Below, one piece after another: positions 30,267 to 39,013 of a DNA stretch of 64,000 nucleotides (positions are counted from its first letter, which is position 1; each line of letters opens with the position of its first letter). The notes beneath the pieces were generated by a model. It worked only from the letters and a program-made list of their open reading frames with translations. It had not been told where the DNA came from and made no database searches. This DNA is from an uncultured Acidobacteriota bacterium (GTDB taxonomy: Bacteria > Acidobacteriota > G020349885 > CAZDZC01): positions 127,642-191,641 of the forward strand of contig CAZDZC010000003.1 of assembly GCA_964509835.1 (NCBI GenBank). Reading direction: 5' to 3'. The position numbers and the translations under genes were made by a program.

Positions 30267-31534
30267 TTTTTGCTGGTTTTCCAGTTTCTGGTTTCACTGA
30301 GTTCGACCTGCCGGTATGTCCCTTTTTCCTTCTCCTTTTTCTGGACTTCAAGGTAAAGTTTAGCCATTTTAAACTCAATGCTGGCACTTTTGTAAAATGT
30401 TTCCCAAGCATAGTTGTACATTTCTTTCAGTTCTTCAGGGCTCATTTTTTTAGGCTGAAAAACCACATCTCCGCATGTGTATCTGCTCCAGTCGTTACTA
30501 AGTATTCTTTTCTCTGACTCGAACTGTTCTCTGATACGGGTGTGAGGGAACGGAGTTAAAACAGTAAATTCAGCAAGATCCAAATCAATTTCCAACAGGA
30601 AATCCACCAGCCGTTTAATATAATCCCTGTCATGGTCATCCATGCCGAGTATAATCGTGCCTTCCACGCCAATTCCTCTTTCTTTTAATCGCTTAACTCT
30701 GTTTTTTATATAATCGGAAGTGTCTACAACTGCCTGATAGACATACCAGCACCCGGCTTCAGCGGCAAGATCAAGAATCTCATCATCATCCTTTATAGGA
30801 TGTGAGATCCAGTTTTTTTTGAGCGGTTTCATTTCTCTGAACAGTTGTTTCACCCACTCTTCATCCTGCCCGAGGGAGTTGTCGACAAAAAAGAGTCTGT
30901 TGTTTTCTATGCTCTCAATTTCACCAAGTACATTTTCTATCGGCCTTGGCCTGAATTTTCTTCCTCCCAGGTATGGTGTGCAGCACGGAAAACAGTTGTA
31001 TTTGCATCCTCTCGAGGCGTGAACCAGATCAACCATCTGAATGCCTCGATAATTGTAAAGACTTCTATCCAGAATATCTCTTCTCGCGGTTTTTATCGAA
31101 GCGATATCCGGCAAAACGCTCCTATAGTTATATGTTTTCTTCATTACTCCTGATTCAAAATCTGATATTACTTCCGAAAAATGGCCTTCCACCTCTCCAA
31201 GAAATACGGAGTCCGAATGATTCCGGGTTTCTTCAGGATGCAGCGTCACAGCCAACCCTCCGCAAATAACAGGAACATTAATGGATCTGAAGGCATCTGC
31301 AATTTCCCACGCCCTCTGGATCTGGCATGTCAGCATGGAAGATATGGCTACCAGATCAGAAGATTGATCAATAACGAGATCCTGAACATTTTCATCGCAG
31401 AAAGTCACATTTATTGACGGATCCAATTCCGCAGCGAAAACAACGGGCCCGTGAGGAGGAAGGTTGAATTTAGGCTGATGCTCAAGTTTTTCCCATTTAG
31501 GGTAAATAATTTTCAGATTCATGTTATTTGTCAC
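30263..31534 (-). CDS. Cobalamin-binding (class B) radical SAM enzyme
   Basis: The B12-domain motif VICGGLAVTLHPEE is followed by CKYNCFPC (CX3CX2C) at residue ~175. Confidence 0.85.
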   Translation of the reverse strand: MTNNMNLKIIYPKWEKLEHQPKFNLPPHGPVVFAAELDPSINVTFCDENVQDLVIDQSSDLVAISSMLTCQIQRAWEIADAFRSINVPVICGGLAVTLHPEETRNHSDSVFLGEVEGHFSEVISDFESGVMKKTYNYRSVLPDIASIKTARRDILDRSLYNYRGIQMVDLVHASRGCKYNCFPCCTPYLGGRKFRPRPIENVLGEIESIENNRLFFVDNSLGQDEEWVKQLFREMKPLKKNWISHPIKDDDEILDLAAEAGCWYVYQAVVDTSDYIKNRVKRLKERGIGVEGTIILGMDDHDRDYIKRLVDFLLEIDLDLAEFTVLTPFPHTRIREQFESEKRILSNDWSRYTCGDVVFQPKKMSPEELKEMYNYAWETFYKSASIEFKMAKLYLEVQKKEKEKGTYRQVELSETRNWKTSKK

Positions 31535-31593
31535 CTTTTATTTATAAAAGCTATCCTGGTATTTTCCAAGTTCCTTCTTTTCACATATTCAGC

Positions 31594-32868
31594 TCATAGA
31601 TTCAGAAGATCGGAATAACATTTATAGAAAACATCTTCGGGAAGCAGCGTGTCTGTCACGGCGTTTGAAAATGTATAGTAGTCAAGATCTTTGACGATTA
31701 TCCTGTCTTTCATTTTTTCATAGACAGGGGTGCCCGGAATTGGTGTCAATATAGCTGAAAGAGGTAAATCTATTTTATGCTTTAAAATAAATTTTTTAAG
31801 ATCATCAAAATCCTTCTCACTATAGTCGGGTGAAATTATAAAGTCCCCGATAATTCTAACTCCGAGGGACTTTAAAATTCTTATGGCTTCCGGGATAAAT
31901 TCAGAGCTTATATTTTTGTTATAGCTCTTGAGCCTTTTGTCGCAGATATCTTCAAAGCCCACAACGGCGACTTCCAAACCTGTTCTATGCCACTCCGTGA
32001 TAAGTTCCGGATTTTTAACTATGGTGTCTGCGCGAATATTTGCGATGTATTTTTTCTTTATATTCTCCTGTCTGATCCGGTCAAGTAATTTTCTGGAGTG
32101 ATTAATATCAACAAATGTATTTGCGTCCGCAAATCTGATAACAGGGATATCATCAAGTAAACGGATTTCGGCGATTATGGATTCTATGTTCTTTATGAAA
32201 TATTTTTGTCCTGTGATTCTTTTTATTGCGCAGAAATTACAGCTACCTGTGCATCCATAGGATGACGATATCATACCCACCTTTTCCCCTATGGATTGTA
32301 TGACATAACTTCCTCTGTATTTTTCAACCAGGTCGTAACGGGGAGGTTTGTTTTCAACTATATCAGAAAAACTGTAATCAGGTAGTTCATATCGTAATGG
32401 TTTTTCATTGCTGGTCTTCAGAACTCCCCTTACGGGGGTTGCAGAATTTCTATTATCAAGATTGTCAACTAATTCACGAAAAGATTTTTTACCAAGCCCT
32501 AAAACAATGTAATCAATATCCGGGTGGTTGAAAAAATCTGGATCATGGGTGGCATGCTGACCTCCGACAACCGTTATTGCGCTTATATAAGTCTTTGCCG
32601 CCACCGCAATTTTTTTCATATAATTGGCTTCGCATGTGACGCCTGTGATTCCGACTATGTCAGGTTTAAAATTTATCAGTTCCTCTTTCAAACCATCGGG
32701 TTCTACTTTAAGATCAAGGATTTTAATCTCGTGCCCTTCGAGATTGCCTGCCAGTTCCTCCAGGCAGAGAGGTTCACCATTAAATGTGGCTTTAATGACG
32801 GTCACTCCGTAGTGCTCTTCGGGAATGCTCTTTCCGCAATTCGGGGGATTTACCAACAGAATTTTCAT
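31594..32868 (-). CDS. Cobalamin-binding (class B) radical SAM enzyme
   Basis: The B12-domain motif VVGGQHATHDPD is followed by CTGSCNFC (CX3CX2C) at residue ~205. Confidence 0.85.
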   Translation of the reverse strand: MKILLVNPPNCGKSIPEEHYGVTVIKATFNGEPLCLEELAGNLEGHEIKILDLKVEPDGLKEELINFKPDIVGITGVTCEANYMKKIAVAAKTYISAITVVGGQHATHDPDFFNHPDIDYIVLGLGKKSFRELVDNLDNRNSATPVRGVLKTSNEKPLRYELPDYSFSDIVENKPPRYDLVEKYRGSYVIQSIGEKVGMISSSYGCTGSCNFCAIKRITGQKYFIKNIESIIAEIRLLDDIPVIRFADANTFVDINHSRKLLDRIRQENIKKKYIANIRADTIVKNPELITEWHRTGLEVAVVGFEDICDKRLKSYNKNISSEFIPEAIRILKSLGVRIIGDFIISPDYSEKDFDDLKKFILKHKIDLPLSAILTPIPGTPVYEKMKDRIIVKDLDYYTFSNAVTDTLLPEDVFYKCYSDLLNL

Positions 32869-32880
32869 TTAAATTTATTG

Positions 32881-34053
32881 CTAAACAACTTCCAACAGCA
32901 TATAGCCAACTGAAAATCTGGCGCTTTCGGGAATATAACAAAGAACCTGCTGTCCTTTTTTAAGTTTTCCTGAAAAGAACAATTCTTCAAGCATAATGAA
33001 TATTGATGCGCTTCCCACATTTCCCTTATATTCAAGATTAGTAAACCATTTTTCGTACGGGATTCGGAAATCGATTTTTTCCATATGATCGTAAACCCGT
33101 TCCCTGAAATACCCCGATGAGTAATGAGGTAAAAACCAGTCGATCATCTCCGGGGTCATCTCTCTTTTACGAGCAATGGCACGCAATCCTTTTGTTATTG
33201 TTACATTCATGACTTCCCGTTTAACAAGCTCAACATCCTGTTTGACCGCAAAGTAATCATTTTTTACCGCTTCCAGAAGAGAGCCGCATTCACGCCAACC
33301 CTTGACTGAGCCGTCTTCGTTTTTTACGGCTCCTATATACATGCAGGTTTCATAATTACCTGCGTAACTGAGCATATCAATCCATTTTATTTTCAGAGAA
33401 ATTCCCGAATCATTTCTTCTGCTGGAAATGTACAGAGAACCGGCTCCGTCTGACAGCATCCACCGGAGAAAGTCAACATTGAATGCTAGATAAGGGTTAT
33501 TATCTACATCAGTGTCCTCAGGATGGGAACAATCGTGAAATCCTGAATTCATATATGAGGACGAAAGCTCTGATGCCGTCACTATTGCTGTATCCGACTG
33601 CCCTGATAAAATTCCCGTGTATGCATATTTTAAAGCCGTCATGCTTGTTAAGCAGACACCGCTTGTCGCGACGGCTTCACATGGAGGCAGTTTCAGTTCT
33701 CCCTGCACCATAAGCGCGTGATTTGGTGTTATGACATCGGGGGATGTAGTTCCGCAGCTCAGGATATCAATGCCTTCTTTTCTGATTGAATCCCAGGATT
33801 TGAGATTCATTATTGCCTGGGCGCAAAGCTGGGTATTAGTGTGGGTAAGTTTTCCGGTTTCAGGATCAATCGCGTAATACCGCTCCCTGATCCTGTTGTT
33901 CTTCAGGATTATATTACGCGTTCTTGACGTTAGATTGTGAACTTTCCCCAGCACATTTTCAATGCGCTCGTTTGACACAGGCTTATTTGGCAGAAAAATT
34001 CCAAGATCATTAATGTAAACATTTGTTTTAATATTCTCTTTCATCGTTTCCAT
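32881..34053 (-). CDS. FabH-like 3-oxoacyl-ACP synthase III (KAS III / initiation ketosynthase)
   Basis: Thiolase fold, with the active-site region ATSGVCLTSMTALKYA and the C-terminal GNVGSASIFIMLEEL typical of the FabH family. Confidence 0.75.
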   Translation of the reverse strand: METMKENIKTNVYINDLGIFLPNKPVSNERIENVLGKVHNLTSRTRNIILKNNRIRERYYAIDPETGKLTHTNTQLCAQAIMNLKSWDSIRKEGIDILSCGTTSPDVITPNHALMVQGELKLPPCEAVATSGVCLTSMTALKYAYTGILSGQSDTAIVTASELSSSYMNSGFHDCSHPEDTDVDNNPYLAFNVDFLRWMLSDGAGSLYISSRRNDSGISLKIKWIDMLSYAGNYETCMYIGAVKNEDGSVKGWRECGSLLEAVKNDYFAVKQDVELVKREVMNVTITKGLRAIARKREMTPEMIDWFLPHYSSGYFRERVYDHMEKIDFRIPYEKWFTNLEYKGNVGSASIFIMLEELFFSGKLKKGQQVLCYIPESARFSVGYMLLEVV

Positions 34054-34056
34054 TGC

Positions 34057-34335
34057 TCACATATTCTGTGGATTCCTGACATAATCCGCTAAATTCCTCA
34101 GAGAGGAAAGAACCTGCCTGCCTGTTTTTGAATCACCGATCCTTACACCATATCGTCGTTGAACAGCGACGGCAATTTCAACGACATCAAGAGAATCCAG
34201 CCCGAAGGGGGAGTTTTCCCCCACTAGAGGGGTGTCAGGAAAGATATCAGCCAAAGGATGTTTGATTTTGCATTCCTCTACGATCAATCCGAGAATTTCC
34301 TTTTCGAATTCATTCAGCTCTTCTGTTTTGTTCAT
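34057..34335 (-). CDS. Acyl carrier protein
   Basis: FGLDSLDVVEIAVAV carries the DSL Ser. The protein is 92 aa. Confidence 0.85.
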   Translation of the reverse strand: MNKTEELNEFEKEILGLIVEECKIKHPLADIFPDTPLVGENSPFGLDSLDVVEIAVAVQRRYGVRIGDSKTGRQVLSSLRNLADYVRNPQNM

Positions 34336-34349
34336 ATTTCCTGCTATGG

Positions 34350-35699
34350 TTAAGATAAATAATTCTTAAGTGAATATCCGGCAATTATAAGACACGAGGC
34401 AAAAAAAAGAATCAGACATAGTACCCAAGGTAAAACATCCGGAATGTTACCATTTCTGACGAAAATATCAAGAAATCCGTTAAGGCCCCAGGCAAGAGGA
34501 GATGCGATACTGATTTTTTTCAGCAAGTCAGGCATTACATAGACCGGAACCATTATTCCCCCAATAGCAGAAGCTATAACCACTGACAATGGTCCGAATA
34601 CTGCCGCTTGCCGGTAGCTTTTTGCAAGAGTCCCGATCAGAATCCCGTAACCCACGGCAGCAAGGGAACTGCTTATTGCCATAACCAGCAATGCGGGTCT
34701 TGATTTTCCGAGTTCAAGTGCTGGAGTCCCCAGAACAGGAAGAATATACAAGCCAACGCATATCATTATAAAGAACTGAAAAAGACACACAGCCATATAG
34801 GCAAATATTTTCCCCAGCAATAAGTTAATCTTCGGGGAGGGGGTAAGCAACAGGCGGTTAAGGGTTCCGTTGTCCCGTTCCATCAGCAGTGTCCCTCCGA
34901 GAGGTATCACGATGAAGAACATTCCAAACAGCGCCCAGGCAGGCACATTCTGTTGCACTGCAGTCGGGGAGGCAATTTTTTCTGTATTAACGGCGATAAA
35001 TCTGTCGTCATTCCAGTCAAAATTGAGGCCCGTTCCATGATCTTCTTCAGGAAGATACGGTTTCACCATATCATCAGATAAATTTCTGCTTTTGATTCCT
35101 GACTGGATCGCATGCGCGTGTCTGTTGAAATTTTCAGGCAGAATATCCATTATGAGCTTAAACTCAATGCTCAACAGCGCCAGCTTGATGCCGGATTCGA
35201 TCGCTGATCTTAGCGATCCCTGTGTTACAGGATCAAAGAAGAGGATTATTTCATTCTTGGCTCCCCTGTCTTCCGACAGTACTGATGAGCTATTAGGAAA
35301 TGCTTCGCCCTTAAATGATTTACCCATTCTTTCGTTTATGGATACCATCAGTTTCCCCGTCAGGTTTTCCGGGATGAAAATCCCAAGCTGATAATCGCCA
35401 TTATTTACAGCATCCAGAGCCATCTGTTTAGTTACAGTCCGGTTATCCAACTGTTTGAATACGGAAAAGTTGTTGTTTCCTGACGATAACCAATTTTCAA
35501 TATGAGTTCCAACTTCACCCGTATCCTCGTTCACAAGAAGCACCTCAATCTCTGTACCATCCTGCGTAAGAACATTGTTCTGTACCAGTGTCATTATGAT
35601 TACCAGAAGGACGGGCATTAAAAAAATTACAGCAAGCCCGGTTCTGTCCCTTCTCAAATGTAAAAATTCATTCAGCATTGTTGCGATAATTGAATTCAT
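34350..35699 (-). CDS. ABC-2 family transporter permease
   Basis: An N-terminal TM helix and large periplasmic loop are followed by a C-terminal block of ~5 TM helices. The gene is coupled to the downstream ATPase. Confidence 0.7.
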   Translation of the reverse strand: MNSIIATMLNEFLHLRRDRTGLAVIFLMPVLLVIIMTLVQNNVLTQDGTEIEVLLVNEDTGEVGTHIENWLSSGNNNFSVFKQLDNRTVTKQMALDAVNNGDYQLGIFIPENLTGKLMVSINERMGKSFKGEAFPNSSSVLSEDRGAKNEIILFFDPVTQGSLRSAIESGIKLALLSIEFKLIMDILPENFNRHAHAIQSGIKSRNLSDDMVKPYLPEEDHGTGLNFDWNDDRFIAVNTEKIASPTAVQQNVPAWALFGMFFIVIPLGGTLLMERDNGTLNRLLLTPSPKINLLLGKIFAYMAVCLFQFFIMICVGLYILPVLGTPALELGKSRPALLVMAISSSLAAVGYGILIGTLAKSYRQAAVFGPLSVVIASAIGGIMVPVYVMPDLLKKISIASPLAWGLNGFLDIFVRNGNIPDVLPWVLCLILFFASCLIIAGYSLKNYLS

Positions 35700-36457
35700 G
35701 TTCCGCTTCTCACTTCATGCCCGGTAAGCTTAATAAACAAATCTTCAAGATTTCGACATTCATCATTATCCTTTATAAGATCGCGAGGAGCACCGGATAA
35801 TATAATTCTGCCATAATCTATGAAACTAATTTTGTCACATAGTTTCTGTGCCTCATCCATGTAATGGCCAGTGTAAACGATTGTGAGTCCTTCCTTTACC
35901 ATGTTCTTGAGCAAATCCAGTATCATGTTTCTGGACTGGACATCAATTCCTACAGTGGGCTCATCAAGCAGCAGGATTTTTGGTTTGTGAATCAAGCCGA
36001 TAGCAAGATTAACGCGGCGTTTCATACCTCCGGACAGATTTGCCATTATCTTGTCCGAATGTGAACTTAAACACATAATTTCGCTCAGCCAATCAATTCT
36101 TGAAAGCAACAATTTTCTACTTATGCCGTACATTCTGCCGAAATATCTGAAGTTTTCAACAGCCGTAAGATCCGGATAGAAGGCAAGTTCCTGCGGGACA
36201 AGGCCTATATCTCTTTTAATCTGATCCGGGGCGGATAAGGCATCAATTTCGCGGATAATAACTTTGCCCGAATCAGGTTTCAGCAGGGTGCTGATGATTG
36301 ACATAAGAGTGGTTTTCCCCGCCCCGTTTGGCCCCAGCAATCCGTATATAATCCCCTGTTCTACAGAAAAACTTACCCCGGAAAGCGCTTTTGTACTGTT
36401 TTGCCTGTAAGTTTTAACGAGATCTTTTACTTGGATTATAGGGGATTGATTGTTCAT
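35696..36457 (-). CDS. ABC transporter ATP-binding protein
   Basis: Walker A (GLLGPNGAGKTT), ABC signature (LSGGMKRR) and Walker B (ILLLDEPT) are all present. Confidence 0.9.
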   Translation of the reverse strand: MNNQSPIIQVKDLVKTYRQNSTKALSGVSFSVEQGIIYGLLGPNGAGKTTLMSIISTLLKPDSGKVIIREIDALSAPDQIKRDIGLVPQELAFYPDLTAVENFRYFGRMYGISRKLLLSRIDWLSEIMCLSSHSDKIMANLSGGMKRRVNLAIGLIHKPKILLLDEPTVGIDVQSRNMILDLLKNMVKEGLTIVYTGHYMDEAQKLCDKISFIDYGRIILSGAPRDLIKDNDECRNLEDLFIKLTGHEVRSGT

Positions 36458-37470
36458 AACTTCACGGATTCTGCTAATTTTCTTAAGTCAAGAAAAATCT
36501 TCCTCTCTTTTTCCGCGCATTCCATAAGAATTCCGCTGAGTTTTTCATACGGCTCCTCTAAATCAATTCTGTCCTTGAGGTTTTTTGAACCAAGATACGC
36601 AAATTGCCTCCACAGATCGCCAACTCCTGTCAATTGTTCGGAAAGATTGCCGAATTCATCATTATTAAAAAGTTCTGCAGCCTCCTGCAGGAAAGCGGCA
36701 TAAATGAATCTGAAGCCTGCCCCCCCGGTGCCTATTTCTTCCTGCATTCTTATGACATTTCCGAGGTTCCTGGCAGCCTGTTTTTTACCGAAATTCTTTT
36801 CCCAGAGCAGCATACGGCCGGCAAGAAATCTGATTCCGCGAACACCCATAAAAAAAAGAGGAACAGAATTCATAACAAAACAGGTTTCCTTAATTCCTTT
36901 AATCACGGGTTTTCTCAAATCAACTTTTGCAGGGACATTAACCGGGTAGTACATTTTCCCGCTGGGTGCCATGGGGCCTTTCGCAAATCTGGCTTTAAGA
37001 AAATCATCTGTTCCGCATCTGACGGGAACCTCGATAACAGGATCGCTTATCAGATATTCATTCTTCTCTTTTCCGTAAACGACAACATTATGCGCGTTGA
37101 AGTGGAAACGCATTCCTTCCGGGAAATAAGGCACCCAGTAAATCCCGATCTGACAGCAGACAGGGCTTCCGTTTTCCAGCAGTCTGTCCAGCTTATTGAC
37201 CGCAACAGATTTATCGGAGAACTTTTCCATTTTGAAATCAATGGTCAGGCGGTTCATCGCTTTTTTGAATATACCCCCCGGTACTCCTCTGAAAGTGGTT
37301 AAAGGTATTGATCCGAATTTTATAAAGGGTGCATAGCCGAAAAAAAGCCCGGAACCTATTCCGAAAACCATTGGCTCTGATATATCAAGGCCGTGATGTC
37401 TCAGAATGCTTGATGTGACGCCATTTTCGCAGTGGGCTGACTGCCTGTGTTCATAATTTATAATCGTCAT
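36454..37470 (-). CDS. BtrH-N/DUF4872-like protein (putative ACP-dependent acyl/aminoacyl transferase, papain-like fold)
   Basis: The N-terminus SAHCENGVTSSILRHHGLDISEPMVFGIGSGLFFGY resembles the BtrH N-terminal domain family. This is recalled, not computed. Confidence 0.55.
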   Translation of the reverse strand: MTIINYEHRQSAHCENGVTSSILRHHGLDISEPMVFGIGSGLFFGYAPFIKFGSIPLTTFRGVPGGIFKKAMNRLTIDFKMEKFSDKSVAVNKLDRLLENGSPVCCQIGIYWVPYFPEGMRFHFNAHNVVVYGKEKNEYLISDPVIEVPVRCGTDDFLKARFAKGPMAPSGKMYYPVNVPAKVDLRKPVIKGIKETCFVMNSVPLFFMGVRGIRFLAGRMLLWEKNFGKKQAARNLGNVIRMQEEIGTGGAGFRFIYAAFLQEAAELFNNDEFGNLSEQLTGVGDLWRQFAYLGSKNLKDRIDLEEPYEKLSGILMECAEKERKIFLDLRKLAESVKL

Positions 37471-37985
37471 ATATTTCTGTCAGCTTTTATGTGAGCCCAT
37501 CTTGCAATGCAGTCAGGCTCATCTGGATTTTCTGGAAGTTTGTTAAGCTGATCTGCTTTTATTTGGAACAAGTCAGCATAAATCCGGATTATGTCGTCAC
37601 CAAGCGTTTTAAATTTCTCTGCCTTTAAATGTCTCTTTACACGCCATTTCGGGATTCCTGAATATTGGGACAACAAACCGACATCCATCTGATTAATGAT
37701 CATAAAATAATAAAGCGTTGATTTCGTCCCATTTCTGACTTCCTCAGCAGCATCTTTCACAAGTTTGAGCAGATCTTTCCAGAACTGTGAATTGGCAATG
37801 GTTTTGGCGTTCCAGCCAGAACTCAGCTCTTTCACATATTTCCCGTTTTTGTCCAGAGCATACTGGACTTCCTTATGTCCTGCATAAAGCGCTTCATCCT
37901 GAGGTACTTCTTTTGATCTCATCCCTACAACCTTGACATATTTAACGCCATAATAACCAGATCGATGCTTTTTTGCCAATTCCAA
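37467..37985 (-). CDS. Hypothetical protein, first gene of the minus-strand operon (overlaps next gene by 4 nt)
   Basis: A 172-aa ORF, translationally coupled to the downstream gene. No recognised motif. Confidence 0.5.
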   Translation of the reverse strand: MELAKKHRSGYYGVKYVKVVGMRSKEVPQDEALYAGHKEVQYALDKNGKYVKELSSGWNAKTIANSQFWKDLLKLVKDAAEEVRNGTKSTLYYFMIINQMDVGLLSQYSGIPKWRVKRHLKAEKFKTLGDDIIRIYADLFQIKADQLNKLPENPDEPDCIARWAHIKADRNI

Positions 37986-38305
37986 AAAGGCAGTATTCTA
38001 ACATCTGGCATTCTTTGTTGTCAAAAAAATAACTGTGGATGCATGAATTAAATTCCCTCAATAATTCAAATATGCGTAAATTCATTCTCTGAATTCGTTT
38101 TATGTATTGCCTCATCTAATTTTCTAAACGAAAACATGAATGTTGCCTCATTGAAATTCTAAATGAAATTGGTTTCATTTTCCATAGTAGTAGAGCTGTT
38201 AAACTGTGGGAAACCCTTTGGCGTTTTCCACATGTGCGTCAGTTACGGCAGTTTTAATAGCTTTCTGCTCTAACATCTCATTGCTCTTTTCATTGACCTT
38301 GTTTT

Positions 38306-38835
38306 TCATATTCTCAAATGATCGAGTTTGTTCTGCAGATCCGTGATATGCCTTTTTAGTTCCGCCGGATTTAATCTGTCGTGAGTGGTTTGCAGCTCTT
38401 TCTTTACGCTGTCTGCTACATCTGCTGACTGCATTACTCTCAGGAACAGCGTTTTGGCTTTGTCGTATTTTTTTTGTTTTCCTCTTTCTCTGGTTTTTTC
38501 AACACATTTCATCACCGGTTGAAAGAAGTTTATATACAGCCTCAGGTGGCCATACATCTCATTGAGTGCTTCCAGTTCTTTGTCTGTATCGTATCTTGCG
38601 TATCCTGCTGCTCTTCTGACAACTGAATAGTTTTTCTGTTCCACAAAGCAGTTGTCATTTTTATTACCTGTTCTTTCGTTACCGCTTTTTTTTCTCTCAT
38701 TGTCAGTCCCATTTTTTCCTCCTGGCTTATTCTATCAGGGGACCTTTCTTTTAGATTTTTATATGGCAATGTTATCATTTCATTTAGATTTTTCGTGGGT
38801 GCAATTTGTTCCCTTGACAATTGTGTAATAGCCAC
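38306..38835 (-). other. Two overlapping small ORFs in different frames (112 aa and 97 aa) within a ~1 kb AT-rich spacer; possible frameshifted gene remnant
   Basis: ORFs 38306..38644 and 38542..38835 overlap by ~100 nt in different frames. Both are Lys/Glu-rich. Neither has an evident RBS or a recognised domain. Confidence 0.2.
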
Positions 38836-39013
38836 TTATACTTAAGTATTAAATAGAAAGGTTTCCAATAGTTGAAGAGAGCTGCTGTATTTATATTCTG
38901 CACATTGTTCTTAGTACAGGTATGTTTCGGATAAGTCAAATTAGGTGTATTACAGTTATAGATGTATTTTCAGACGAAAGTTTGTTTTGAATCCATTTTT
39001 CAAGGGGTAATTT

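Noticed and set aside
9299-37985. Calling the cluster a canonical aryl polyene (APE) BGC
   Set aside because: The hallmark ammonia lyase and methyltransferase are absent, and five radical SAM enzymes are present. It is described as APE-like/ladderane-like instead.
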